Below the pieces are notes generated by a model. The model worked only from the letters and a program-made list of their open reading frames with translations, did not search any database and was not told the origin of the DNA. Made by a program: the position numbers and the translations under genes. A stretch of DNA of 64,000 bases from an uncultured Pseudomonadales bacterium (GTDB lineage: Bacteria; Patescibacteriota; Microgenomatia; UBA1400; PJMF01): the NCBI GenBank assembly GCA_964607285.1, contig CAZSJW010000007.1:3079-67078 (forward strand), given 5' to 3'. This document shows positions 10,479-20,589 of the stretch, piece after piece (position 1 is the first letter of the stretch; the number at the start of each line of letters is the position of its first letter).

Positions 10479-10868
10479 ATGCCTTTGTTATTCATCAGCT
10501 TAGCACTCCTTGCACTTGCCTGTGACCTTTCAGATAGTGTTTCTTCAAGTACAAGTAGCTCTGGAACAGAGCCACAACGTTCAGCTCAAGAAACCGATAC
10601 TATCTTCATTCAGCAAACAATCATAATTCAACATGAGTCTGGCTATCGTGTTCAAAAAATTACTAAAAACTGTGCTGATCAATACATAGTAGAAGTTGAT
10701 GGATTTATTATAGTCTCAGGCAGAAATATTGTTGTAAAATACAAAGATGAGACATGGACTGTTAATGGCGTGCTGGAAATACCAGTTTTTAATGAAAATA
10801 CAGTCTTAATTTCATCCCCTGATGACATGAACTCTTACACGTTATCTTTTAGATTCAGCTCGAATTAA
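10479..10868 (+). CDS. small secreted lipoprotein (hypothetical)
   Basis: Signal peptide with lipobox MPLLFISLALLALAC|D, followed by a Ser-rich linker. The track ORF starts at 10425. Confidence 0.45.
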   Translation: MPLLFISLALLALACDLSDSVSSSTSSSGTEPQRSAQETDTIFIQQTIIIQHESGYRVQKITKNCADQYIVEVDGFIIVSGRNIVVKYKDETWTVNGVLEIPVFNENTVLISSPDDMNSYTLSFRFSSN

Positions 10869-10870
10869 CC

Positions 10871-10902
10871 AAAAAGCCCCACCAACGGCAGGGCCTTTTT
10901 TG
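10871..10902. terminator. bidirectional intrinsic terminator between the convergent lipoprotein gene and pnp
   Basis: Short GC stem GCCCC...GGGC, with an A-run on one side and a T-run on the other. Confidence 0.45.
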
Positions 10903-10915
10903 ATTGCATTACGAC

Positions 10916-13279
10916 TTAATCGCGCTGTCCACCTCTAGGAGGACCATAGCTTCGGCGCTCCGATGAGCGACCTCTATCACCACCGTAACTGCCGCGATCA
11001 CCACCGCGTCCGCCGCCGCCGAATCCTCGACCGCCGCGATCACCGCCACGTCCGCCGCCAAATCCGCCTCGACTGCCACCACGGTCACCGCCTCGGTCAC
11101 CACCACCGCCTGGAGGACGACTGGCTTTGCGCTCTTCTTCTTGCTCAGGTGTCAGTAGTGAGAGACCAATTTTGCCGTCATCTTTGATTTCTGAGACACG
11201 GATATGGACTCTGTCACCAACTTTGACCAATTCGGATGCGTCACCAACATACTCGGTTGACATGTTTGATACATGAATCAAGCCTTCTCTGCCAGGTAAA
11301 TACTCGGCAAATGCTCCATAACTTTCCACGCGAGTGATGTCTCCATCAAACTCTTCGCCAACTTTTATAACGCGCATCATGTTTGTGATGATATGCACTG
11401 CTTTGTCGATCTTTTCTTGATCTGGCGAAGAAATGTTGACCAAGCCGAGCGTTTTATCCTCGTTCTCATCTACATTGATTTCAGCACCTGTGGACTCGAT
11501 GATGCTCTTGATCATCTTGCCGCCTGGGCCGATTAGCTCACCAATACGATCTCCTGGGATAGTTACTTGAACAATCTTTGGTGCGTATGGAGATAGGACC
11601 GTTCTTGGCTCAGCAATACACTCAAGCATTTTGCCCAAAATGTGCAAACGACCAACTCGGGCTTGTTCCAATGCTTTCTCCAGGACTTCACGAGTGATGC
11701 CTTTGAGCTTGATGTCCATCTGGATGGCAGTGATACCCTCGGCTGTACCTGCAACCTTGAAGTCCATATCTCCAATATGATCTTCTAGACCTTGGATGTC
11801 AGACAAGACAGCGTAGCGATCTTCGAGCGTCATCAATCCCATAGCGATACCAGCGACTGGGCGCTTGAGTGGCACACCTGCTGCCATGAGTGACATGGTT
11901 GAACCACAGACAGATGCCTGGGAAGTCGAACCGTTTGAACTCATGATCTCGGATACTACGTGGATTGCATAGGGAAACTCAGCTTGGCTTGGGATCATTG
12001 GCAACAATGCTCGCTCTGCCAAGGCACCATGACCAATTTCTCTGCGCTTAGGGAAGCCAAATCTGCCAGCTTCTCCAGATGCGTATGGAGGCATGTTGTA
12101 GTGATGCATGTAGTGGCGAGTTTCTTCACCTTCTATGCTCTCGATCAATTGACCCAACGTTGGGTTACCGAGGGTTGTGATGGTCACAGCCTGGGTAGCT
12201 CCACGCTTGAACATGGCTGAACCATGCGTACGAGGGAAAACATCCACTTCACACCAGATTGGGCGGATTTCGTCAGTTTTGCGATCATCTGGACGAACAC
12301 CTTCGTCCACGATCATCACTCGAGCGAGTTTCTTGAATAAGTTGTTGATTGCCGCTTTGATTTGGGAGTCGGTAATCAGTTCTTCTTCGGTCAGTCCTTT
12401 GTTGAGCGTGGCTGAAATCTTCTCGACCAATGCTGGCAGCTCTGCATCTTGCAGTTTGCCTTCTTTGATCAAAGCAGCGCGGACTTCTTTTTCGTAGTCT
12501 GCCTGGATACGGGCTGCGAGACTTTCGGTTGCAGCTTCTTTCTCAGCATAAGAATCGTCAACGAGGACGATTTTTTCTTTACCAACTTCGTCTGCGATTG
12601 CTTGAATCTCAGCACAGAGGGTTTTGAAAATGTCTTGAGACTTGAGGAGTGACTCGACCATGACGGTTTCGGACACTTCATCGGCACCAGCTTCGACCAT
12701 AACGATAGAAGCGGCTGTTCCAGAAACGATTAAATCCAGATCACTCGTCTCACGCTCGGTGTTGGATGGGTTGATGAGGTATGAGTTATCAGCTTTACGA
12801 TACCCGATACGCAGACCCGCTAGTGGACCATCAAAAGGAATATCGGAAATAGCCAAACCAATTGCACTACCCAACAAACCAAGCATGTCCGGATCGTTCT
12901 CGCCGTCAAATGAGAAAACGGTACAGATTACTTGCACTTCATGGGTAATACCATCAGGGAACATTGGGCGAAGTGAACGGTCAATGACACGAGCCTTGAG
13001 GATAACGTCATCAGTTGGTCGGCCGTCACGCTTTACCCAACGGGAACCTTTGATGATGCCACCAGCGTAGAGCTTTTCAGCAAACTCGACAGATAGCGGG
13101 AAGTAGCCAAGATCGACTTTTCGACCGAGTGCTACAGTGGTGTGGACGACGGTTTCGCCGCAGGTGACCAAGACAGCAGCGCTGACTTGTTCGGAAAACT
13201 TACCGATTTCTACGGTAAGCGTTTTGTCTCCAATTTGGAGCTCTTTTTTGTATGGTTTGAGGTATGTCGGATATGACAT
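10916..13279 (-). CDS. pnp: polynucleotide phosphorylase with an unusual C-terminal RGG/RG-repeat tail
   Basis: Two RNase PH domains, KH and S1 domains (GDKTLTVEIGKF..., FDGPLAGLRIG, GGKMIKSI, HVSNMSTEYV). The C-terminal ~75 aa are GGGDRGGDRGGSRGGFGGGRGGDRGGRGFGGGGRGGDRGSYGGDRG. Confidence 0.95.
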   Translation of the reverse strand: MSYPTYLKPYKKELQIGDKTLTVEIGKFSEQVSAAVLVTCGETVVHTTVALGRKVDLGYFPLSVEFAEKLYAGGIIKGSRWVKRDGRPTDDVILKARVIDRSLRPMFPDGITHEVQVICTVFSFDGENDPDMLGLLGSAIGLAISDIPFDGPLAGLRIGYRKADNSYLINPSNTERETSDLDLIVSGTAASIVMVEAGADEVSETVMVESLLKSQDIFKTLCAEIQAIADEVGKEKIVLVDDSYAEKEAATESLAARIQADYEKEVRAALIKEGKLQDAELPALVEKISATLNKGLTEEELITDSQIKAAINNLFKKLARVMIVDEGVRPDDRKTDEIRPIWCEVDVFPRTHGSAMFKRGATQAVTITTLGNPTLGQLIESIEGEETRHYMHHYNMPPYASGEAGRFGFPKRREIGHGALAERALLPMIPSQAEFPYAIHVVSEIMSSNGSTSQASVCGSTMSLMAAGVPLKRPVAGIAMGLMTLEDRYAVLSDIQGLEDHIGDMDFKVAGTAEGITAIQMDIKLKGITREVLEKALEQARVGRLHILGKMLECIAEPRTVLSPYAPKIVQVTIPGDRIGELIGPGGKMIKSIIESTGAEINVDENEDKTLGLVNISSPDQEKIDKAVHIITNMMRVIKVGEEFDGDITRVESYGAFAEYLPGREGLIHVSNMSTEYVGDASELVKVGDRVHIRVSEIKDDGKIGLSLLTPEQEEERKASRPPGGGGDRGGDRGGSRGGFGGGRGGDRGGRGFGGGGRGGDRGSYGGDRGRSSERRSYGPPRGGQRD

Positions 13280-13490
13280 GGACTCCTTCTTTTTGCCACG
13301 CTACTAAAAGCAAGTGACAAAAGCTGTTATTACTGAGCAACAGGAGACACTGTCATCTTCGCTTGCTGGAAAAAGTTCTAAGCTCTACGCCAGACATTCC
13401 GTTTTGGACAAACTAATGTAAATCGTACAACCTAGAACTGCAGGCGCTTGTCTGCTGCTTGATTGGATTAGATTATAACAGCTCTCTGAT

Positions 13491-13529
13491 CAAAACAAAA
13501 CCCCTCACCTAAAGATGAGGGGTTTTCGG
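13491..13529. terminator. bidirectional intrinsic terminator downstream of the Cys-rich protein gene and upstream of the pnp leader
   Basis: Stem CCCCTCA-cctaaaga-TGAGGGG flanked by A-runs and T-runs on both strands. Confidence 0.6.
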
Positions 13530-13545
13530 TCTCTCTTACAACTAC

Positions 13546-15393
13546 TTATTTCTTCTGCATTGTCCCCACAGTTGCGCAACGTCCATTCAAAATCACCTGT
13601 CCCTTAACTGGACAACAGTACCATTCGGCATAGGTTCCTTGGTAGTTTGTACTACATAGGAATGGACTGCCTGTTGGTGCACCTGCTGATTTAGCTCTGC
13701 ATGCATAGCCACTACCACAAGCTGGAGGAATTGCCGGTGGTGCGTTAGTGACAGCTGCTGTAACAGTAGCACCAGCACGACAGAGCTCCACTGTTGGTTG
13801 GGTAGCTACTTGTGAGTCCCAGATTGGGTTGACACCCATCTTGTACTGTCCCATCTTGAAAGCTTTGATTGCATTGAGATCACCCGAAGAAACTCTACAG
13901 ACACCATCTGCTGCACAGATACCTACACCTTTACCATCTACTTTGGGTACCTGTAGGTAGTAGTCTGAGTTAGCATTGTACCAACCATCAGAGGTGTGAT
14001 CTAAACGCATCACGTATCTCTTGATGTTTTGATTGAGTATATTCTTTGCTTGTCTAAACTCAAAGATGATGTTGTTGCCATCTGCTTGGTATGCTTTCAA
14101 GTTAGTTGCTTGGGCACTAGTTGTAAAGTCAAAACCTGCCTTGGTGGTACCAACTGGGATTTGTAAGTACTGGCAGACTTCATAGGCTAGATTGTCTGTA
14201 CAGGTAATACCAGGATTCCCACTTCGTTTGAATGCTTTGTCTGCATCTTGGTTATTTGTAGTCAGTCGTAAAGTGAACAATGAATCCTCGATATTTAAAT
14301 TAATAGAATATTGACCATCCGTATTTGTTTTAGCAGAACCAGCTACATACTGTGGAGTTATTGTTCTACCTAAAAATGCGACTACAGGTACATTGGCAAC
14401 TGCTTGGTTATTCACAGCACAGGAAATCTTTCCAGTGACTGTCCTAGCTCCCCAAGGATTGGGTGTTGGGGATGCGGTGGTGCCGCTACCGCTGCCACCT
14501 GTTCCACCACCGCCTGTTCCGCCGCCACCGCCTCCGGTGCCGCATTGATCAGAACAGCCTGCAGCACAGTTTGAGGTGCCTACTGGGTGACATTGATTAG
14601 AGCAGTTATAATAGCCACACGTCTCGGAATGACCGTTTGGATCCACTGGTGCAACTGCATTACAGCCAGCCTTATTGCCATCGTATTGACGGCAGTTGAC
14701 TGAGCTGCCACCTGTTCCTCCGCCGGTGTCTCCAGGACTTGACGCACATCCCGGCCGAGCTGCAACTGGATATCTAACTCCATTCTCTCTTGTGCAAGTT
14801 GCTGGACCAGAGGAACTCGCACTATTGCCATGATCACATTCACAGGTAATATTTTCAGACAAGCATTCACCCTTATCAATTTCATGATAACCACCTGTGC
14901 AACGCGCAGTAGATATATAAAATAATGTATCCAGCTTATTTGGATGAGGACAAACTACGCCTGTAGTACCCGCTCCTTTGCAAGTCTCAGGACAGTGATC
15001 AATTCCACTTGCTTGCCAATTTCTACAAAGGTGACTTGTTGTAGTTGTTGAAAGAGTACAATATGCAGAGTGATAAGGTTCTTCGTTGCACTCCGTTTGA
15101 TTTAAATTTTCGCAGGTGAACCTAATGGTGTACGGCCGAATTTTACAACCAATTGTATCTCGACACTCTACCATTGAAGTTATCGCGCCACAGTTTGGAC
15201 CACTCGCCTGCTGCCGTAAATCCTGACTAGTGCCCAATAACGCATACGAAGCTGCTATCCCAACAGACAGCAGTACCAAAACCAACACACCCAACAACAA
15301 ACGTGGCATGGATTTTGTTTTACGATGTTTTAATAAAGTTTGCATTGATACTTTCGTGCGAAAACTACGTGTATCTAGCGTACGTGGCTTCAT
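13546..15393 (-). CDS. large cysteine-rich secreted/surface protein with poly-Gly linkers and a Cna-B / carboxypeptidase-regulatory-like domain
   Basis: N-terminal signal anchor (MPRLLLGVLVLVLLSVGIAASYALL). More than 50 Cys residues arranged in CxC/CxxC-rich modules. Linkers GTGGGGGGTGGGGTGGSGSG. The block VTGKISCAVNNQAVANVPVVAFLGRTITPQYVAGSAKTNTDGQYSINLNI resembles the prealbumin-like Cna-B fold. Confidence 0.6.
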   Translation of the reverse strand: MKPRTLDTRSFRTKVSMQTLLKHRKTKSMPRLLLGVLVLVLLSVGIAASYALLGTSQDLRQQASGPNCGAITSMVECRDTIGCKIRPYTIRFTCENLNQTECNEEPYHSAYCTLSTTTTSHLCRNWQASGIDHCPETCKGAGTTGVVCPHPNKLDTLFYISTARCTGGYHEIDKGECLSENITCECDHGNSASSSGPATCTRENGVRYPVAARPGCASSPGDTGGGTGGSSVNCRQYDGNKAGCNAVAPVDPNGHSETCGYYNCSNQCHPVGTSNCAAGCSDQCGTGGGGGGTGGGGTGGSGSGTTASPTPNPWGARTVTGKISCAVNNQAVANVPVVAFLGRTITPQYVAGSAKTNTDGQYSINLNIEDSLFTLRLTTNNQDADKAFKRSGNPGITCTDNLAYEVCQYLQIPVGTTKAGFDFTTSAQATNLKAYQADGNNIIFEFRQAKNILNQNIKRYVMRLDHTSDGWYNANSDYYLQVPKVDGKGVGICAADGVCRVSSGDLNAIKAFKMGQYKMGVNPIWDSQVATQPTVELCRAGATVTAAVTNAPPAIPPACGSGYACRAKSAGAPTGSPFLCSTNYQGTYAEWYCCPVKGQVILNGRCATVGTMQKK

Positions 15394-15435
15394 GTCGGTT
15401 TGTCAAGCATAAATTTCATTTCACTTGTAGAAGAA

Positions 15436-15461
15436 CCAAAAACCCCGCCTGAAGACGGGGT
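15436..15461 (-). terminator. intrinsic terminator downstream of rpsO
   Basis: Minus-strand stem CCCCG-tcttcagg-CGGGG followed by TTTTTGG. Confidence 0.6.
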
Positions 15462-15482
15462 TCCTGAATGTTAATTTTTGAT

Positions 15483-15752
15483 TTACTTGGACAACTCCAA
15501 ACGATCAATCAATTTACGGTATCGCTCTTCACTGCGCTTCAACAAGAAGTTGAGCAAACGGCGACGCTTGGCAACTTGCTTCAAAAGGCCACGGCGTGAG
15601 TGGTCATCTTTTTTGTGTGACGCCAAGTGCTTAGTTAGCTCTTGAATAGAGTACGTAAGAAGTGCAACCTGCACCTCTGGAGAACCTGTGTCACCCTCGA
15701 AGAGTTGAAAATCAGCTATAATCTGATTTTTCTGTGGTTTTGATAATGCCAT
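15483..15752 (-). CDS. rpsO: 30S ribosomal protein S15
   Basis: 89 aa. [14 protein letters not shown]...[16 protein letters not shown] resembles bacterial S15. Confidence 0.95.
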   Translation of the reverse strand: MALSKPQKNQIIADFQLFEGDTGSPEVQVALLTYSIQELTKHLASHKKDDHSRRGLLKQVAKRRRLLNFLLKRSEERYRKLIDRLELSK

Positions 15753-16003
15753 GGTAATCCTTTCTTATGTAAATCTTCTGCTGTGAAGCGAAGAATATAT
15801 ACCCTTGTTGTGTTCGTGTGGCGAGTATCGCCAATGCACCAACACACAAAGTAACCATGATATGCTACGACCTGTAGTATATCATACCTCAAGTGCATCA
15901 ACTATCCCCAACCATTGTGGTATCAAATATCCTTTCATCTTGAAAATTCAAGCAAAATACAGGATACTTAATCAGTAGTTAGAATAGGACGAACAGGTAT
16001 ACC

Positions 16004-16708
16004 ATGCAGGAACTTCCCTCAACACAGCCCGTTAGCACTGACCCACGAGATATGGTTTCACTTGAAGCGGGTGTGATTTTAAGTGAGGCATGGAACTCTC
16101 TCAAAGCGAATACTAGCTTAGTATTAAAAATCTTCGGTCTGCTAATTATTATTTCAATCGCTGCGAACCTCGTTGTACAGGTATCTGCAAGCGTATCTGA
16201 TCTGCTTTCACTCATTGCCCAGCTTGCTAACATGGTTGTACAAATGCTGTTAGGAGTTGGCACACTTTATATAAGCATTGCAGTAGCAATGGAAAAACCT
16301 GTTGAACTCTCAATGTTATGGAAACTTACTGATCGGCTTGCACCATATTTTATAGTGAGTATGCTCTATGGACTGCTGGTGTCTGTTGACTTTCTTCTGC
16401 TGATTTTCCCAGGAATCATCTGGGCAACTAAGTACGGCATGGCAGCTATGATTGTTGCTTGGAAAAAAATGAATGCTATGGACGCTATGCATTTGAGTGC
16501 TCAAATGACCAATGGCTATAAGTGGCAATTATTTGTGTTGTATCTTGTCTTCTTGGTGATTAATGTAGCTGCAGCACTTGCACTGATGGTTGGTCTTCTG
16601 ATCACCATTCCGTTGTCATATTTAGCTATGGGAATCATTTTTGCTAAGCTCGCGGCACAAGTACCAGAGCTGCAACAAGAAGAACAACCAATAGCACCAG
16701 CCATATAA
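16004..16708 (+). CDS. hypothetical polytopic membrane protein (DUF975-like)
   Basis: 234 aa with about six hydrophobic helices and no catalytic motif. Confidence 0.45.
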   Translation: MQELPSTQPVSTDPRDMVSLEAGVILSEAWNSLKANTSLVLKIFGLLIIISIAANLVVQVSASVSDLLSLIAQLANMVVQMLLGVGTLYISIAVAMEKPVELSMLWKLTDRLAPYFIVSMLYGLLVSVDFLLLIFPGIIWATKYGMAAMIVAWKKMNAMDAMHLSAQMTNGYKWQLFVLYLVFLVINVAAALALMVGLLITIPLSYLAMGIIFAKLAAQVPELQQEEQPIAPAI

Positions 16709-16720
16709 TCCATACGGGAA

Positions 16721-18187
16721 CTACTCAGAGTCGTCAATGGTATAGGCGATGATGTGATCGCCTAGCTGGAAGTCCAGCTTTCGATTGCGGAACGTTAGTC
16801 CACACTCGTTTTTAGCTTTAACTGACTGCGTTTCTTCTTTGCCTTGCATCATCATTTTAACCACTGGGTTTGCAACGTTCTCATCTCCACGCTTAAGGTG
16901 TAGTAAGTCATGCCGCTTGATTTCACCAGTTAAAACTTTGCATCCTGCGATACGCTCGCCGCGCATCTCAAATATTTGCATAATCTCTGCTTCACCAGTA
17001 ACAACTTCATCAATACTTGGCTCGAGCAACTTGAGCATTTGTTTTTGTAAGTCGTCAATTAGTTGATAAATAATCGTGTAGTGTTTGATCTTTACTCCTG
17101 CAGTTTTAGCTAGCTTTTTTATTTTGCTAGAAACTGGCGTATTAAAAGCAATGATTACAGAGTTTGTAGCATCGGCCACTTCCACATCTTGCTCTGTAAC
17201 CTGTCCTACACCTGATGCTAGCAACTGTGTGCTTTCAGCATCTAATGTTTGTTTGATTGCTTCAAGTGTGCCTTCCACATCTGAGCGTAAGATCAAGGTA
17301 AGTTTCTTTTTTTCAGAGGCATCAAGCAATTGCGCAAAGTCTGTCGGTACAAACACATCCTCTACTTCTTCTGTTTCTTCTGTCTCTACCACCACCATTC
17401 TTTGGTGAATATCCTGAACTATTGCCCCGACAGCGGGAACTTCCTTAAAACCAACTAGTTCAGCTGGAAAACCTGGCAATACTTTTTGCATGCTCTGGCC
17501 AGCAACGTCACTGAGAAGCTTGACTCTTCCCTCAGTGGTATCAGTCATGATGTCTTGTCGAACCGAAAGTGTACCTTGCTGCACAATTACTGTAGCAACA
17601 GGACCCCTACCGACTTCTTTGGATGACTCAATGACTACTGCCTGCAGTGGTGCTTGTGGGTCTGCTTTCAACTCCATGAGCTCAGCTGTTAGCAAAATAG
17701 TCTCAAGTAATTTATCTACATTTGTACCTTTGGTAGCTGAGACAGGTACTGCTTCAATATCACCACCGTACTCGGTAACCAGGATCTCATGTTCAGCTAA
17801 ACCTGACTTAGCAATGTCCAAGTTCATATCTGGCAAATCAATCTTATTGATTGCCACAATAGTTGTGACATTTGCAGTTTTAATATGGCGAATAGACTCA
17901 ATTGTTTGTGGTTTCACTCCATCGTTCGCAGCAACCACCAGAACAACGATGTCCGTCACTTGCGCACCACGCTCGCGCATTTTGTTAAATGCGGCATGGC
18001 CTGGTGTATCAATAAAAGTGATTGGTTTGCCTTTGTACTCGATAGAGTATGCCCCTACGTGCTGAGTAATACCACCTGCTTCTTTCGCTGCCACATGGCT
18101 TTTGCGAATGTAGTCCAAAAGGGTCGTTTTGCCATGATCGACATGGCCCATGATGGTAACGACTGGTGGTCTGGGTTGTACTGCCAT
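16721..18187 (-). CDS. infB: translation initiation factor IF-2, minimal form (G domain to C2 only)
   Basis: PPVVTIMGHVDHGKTTLLD, DTPGH and NKID GTPase motifs. The C-terminal beta-barrel domains are present. 488 aa with no N-terminal extension. Confidence 0.95.
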   Translation of the reverse strand: MAVQPRPPVVTIMGHVDHGKTTLLDYIRKSHVAAKEAGGITQHVGAYSIEYKGKPITFIDTPGHAAFNKMRERGAQVTDIVVLVVAANDGVKPQTIESIRHIKTANVTTIVAINKIDLPDMNLDIAKSGLAEHEILVTEYGGDIEAVPVSATKGTNVDKLLETILLTAELMELKADPQAPLQAVVIESSKEVGRGPVATVIVQQGTLSVRQDIMTDTTEGRVKLLSDVAGQSMQKVLPGFPAELVGFKEVPAVGAIVQDIHQRMVVVETEETEEVEDVFVPTDFAQLLDASEKKKLTLILRSDVEGTLEAIKQTLDAESTQLLASGVGQVTEQDVEVADATNSVIIAFNTPVSSKIKKLAKTAGVKIKHYTIIYQLIDDLQKQMLKLLEPSIDEVVTGEAEIMQIFEMRGERIAGCKVLTGEIKRHDLLHLKRGDENVANPVVKMMMQGKEETQSVKAKNECGLTFRNRKLDFQLGDHIIAYTIDDSE

Positions 18188-18237
18188 AGTGTGTTTTGTT
18201 TTCCCAACTAGCCGAAACTAGGTGTGCAATGCCTGAT

Positions 18238-19536
18238 TTACTCTGCTTGTGCTGGTCTTGGTCTACGAGGTTTGCTGAGATCAACCTCTCCACCACGCTC
18301 AGCCATTTCTTTCTCAAATGCGGCGACTTTTTCTGATAACAGTTTTTTCTGATCTTCAGCTAACTCTGCTTCCTGCCACTTCATTTGGAAGCGAGCAAGA
18401 TCATTTAAGGTGGTCAGCTTGTGTTCAACTAAGAATGTTCTTGTTTCAGGTGCTAAACCTTCAAAGGTATCGATCTCGTACTCTTCTTCTCCTGTGACCT
18501 CTGACTGAACTTCGCCAGCAGCTGATTTGACAGTGATGCGGTAACCAGTCAATTTGGCAGCCAGGCGGACATTCTGTCCTCCTCGACCGATTGCCAAAGA
18601 AAGTTGATCATCTGGGACTGTAACGACAGCACTTTTGTTTAGTTCATCAAGCTCAATTTTGATACCTTCAGCTGGTGCAAGTGCACCTTGCATGAGAACC
18701 TTTTGACTTTCTGAGTAAGGGATGATGTCCAGTTTTTCATTGTTGAGTTCACGAATGACTTCTTGCACACGCACTCCACGTTGTCCTACACACGAACCAA
18801 CAGGATCAACACCCTCTTGAGTAGAGCGAACAGCGAGTTTGGTGCGAACACCTGCCTCGCGAGCTATCATTGGGATCTCGACAGAACCTGCAGCAACTTC
18901 TGGAACTTCTCGCTCGAACAACTTCACGACCAATTGCTTGTCTGCACGGGACACAATAATTTGTCTGCCCTTGTGAGTTTCGCGAATTTCTTTGAGCAAA
19001 ACAGTGATACGATTATTGACACGATAGAACTCACCCCGCATTTGCTCTTCAGGTGGCATTACTCCCTGACCACGACCAATATCTAGGATAACCGTTCGCC
19101 CATCCATGCGGAGAATTTGAGCTGTGACAATTTCACCCATTTTTTCTTGATAATCAGAAAGAATTTGATCTTTCTCAGACTCACGAATTTTTTGTAAGAT
19201 GACTTGCTTTGCAGTCTGAGCGGCTATACGACCAAACCCAGCTGGAGTGACGTCCGTAGCTTTAGACTCATCCCATTCCAAAACTTCACCTGTTTCTTCA
19301 TCCACTTTAGTTGCTGGCGCTCGAAAAATTTGTGACTCACCAGTGTCTTCATCTAACTTGACGAAATAGTGAGCTACTTCAGCTTCTAAATCACCGAACT
19401 GTTTTCGATATGCAGAAACTAAAGCCTGGCGAATTGCATCATAAATAGAATCGGTGCTAATCTTGCGCTCACCCGCAATTTGGGTTATAGCTGCAGCGAA
19501 ATCTGTACGGACGACACGGCTGTTCATGCTGTTCAT
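18238..19536 (-). CDS. nusA: transcription termination/antitermination factor NusA
   Basis: N-terminal domain, S1 and two KH domains (GSCVGQRGVRVQEV, AIGRGGQNVRLAAKLTGYRI). Lies directly upstream of infB. Confidence 0.95.
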   Translation of the reverse strand: MNSMNSRVVRTDFAAAITQIAGERKISTDSIYDAIRQALVSAYRKQFGDLEAEVAHYFVKLDEDTGESQIFRAPATKVDEETGEVLEWDESKATDVTPAGFGRIAAQTAKQVILQKIRESEKDQILSDYQEKMGEIVTAQILRMDGRTVILDIGRGQGVMPPEEQMRGEFYRVNNRITVLLKEIRETHKGRQIIVSRADKQLVVKLFEREVPEVAAGSVEIPMIAREAGVRTKLAVRSTQEGVDPVGSCVGQRGVRVQEVIRELNNEKLDIIPYSESQKVLMQGALAPAEGIKIELDELNKSAVVTVPDDQLSLAIGRGGQNVRLAAKLTGYRITVKSAAGEVQSEVTGEEEYEIDTFEGLAPETRTFLVEHKLTTLNDLARFQMKWQEAELAEDQKKLLSEKVAAFEKEMAERGGEVDLSKPRRPRPAQAE

Positions 19537-19741
19537 TGTATTCCTTCTGATCTAGTTTGTGCATCGGTAAATTGTGAAAAACCCGACCACAGAGTTGTGA
19601 TTACATAGCGCAGAGCTAATAAAAAAGGGCACGTTTTGTCGAGCCCCTCCCTGTCAATGCTATGCCATGATTATACTATAGGTGGAGTCTACTAACAAGA
19701 TGAAAACTAGCTTGTGGCTGACAACAAGGGTATTAGTAATT

Positions 19742-20566
19742 TCACCCTAATAAGGTGCTCTCTTTAGCAAGTTCTTCATCTGATGGGTGTGTAAAGTGAC
19801 CTGGTGCCGAAAAAAAATAATTATAGCCTAATTCAACATATAGGTACTTTTTAATTATCAATCTGCCCCACTCTGGTGCATCAGATAATTTAAGATACTC
19901 TGAAATATATGATCTTGCTTGACGGCCTCCCAAATGCAGTAGTTTATAAATTTTCCGTGCCTCGTTTTCAACAACCTGTATCTGTTTAACAATTTGGACA
20001 AGACTTCCCATAATTTCTTTTGGCCTGTCACCAAGTGACAGTGAATCTTTTCTCATCTTTTTACCAACAGCATCACAAATAGTACGAGTGTTGCGTACAA
20101 GCTCAAGTATCCTATCCACAGTTTCATCAGTAGCGAAATCTAAACGAAACTGCAACAATCTTTTGTCGATATTTGCAATTATGGAAGCACCGTCGGTAGC
20201 TTGAAGAAGCTGATACGGAGAGAAATCTGAATTTTCACGATAGTACTTGAGCGATTGTATATCCCATTTTCTTTGATCTAAAGCAAAACGCAGCCTGCCC
20301 TCAGTAACACCCAAACTACGGAGTTCTGCAGCAAGCTCTTTATCGCCAGTATGCCACCTATGAATTTCACTTAAGACAGACATGAATTTACTATACATTT
20401 CAACTTGTTTTTCAGGACTCTCAGCAAATGTTGCAAGATCATTTTGAAACTCATTCAAGAGACTAACTATTTCTTCCATTCTTGAGAGTACATCTGCTTG
20501 GTTTTCGAGTTTTCGAGTTGTTTCAGACACTGGTCTGTTCTGATAATTGTGTGGAGTTTCTGACAT
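19742..20566 (-). CDS. hypothetical protein
   Basis: 274-aa helical ORF with no recognisable motif. Confidence 0.4.
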   Translation of the reverse strand: MSETPHNYQNRPVSETTRKLENQADVLSRMEEIVSLLNEFQNDLATFAESPEKQVEMYSKFMSVLSEIHRWHTGDKELAAELRSLGVTEGRLRFALDQRKWDIQSLKYYRENSDFSPYQLLQATDGASIIANIDKRLLQFRLDFATDETVDRILELVRNTRTICDAVGKKMRKDSLSLGDRPKEIMGSLVQIVKQIQVVENEARKIYKLLHLGGRQARSYISEYLKLSDAPEWGRLIIKKYLYVELGYNYFFSAPGHFTHPSDEELAKESTLLG

Positions 20567-20589
20567 ATGTCTACATAATGATAAACCAA

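Noticed and set aside
10909-11106. 65-aa Ala/Val-rich ORF
   Set aside because: It is the reverse-frame artefact of the GGD/RGG repeat tail of pnp.
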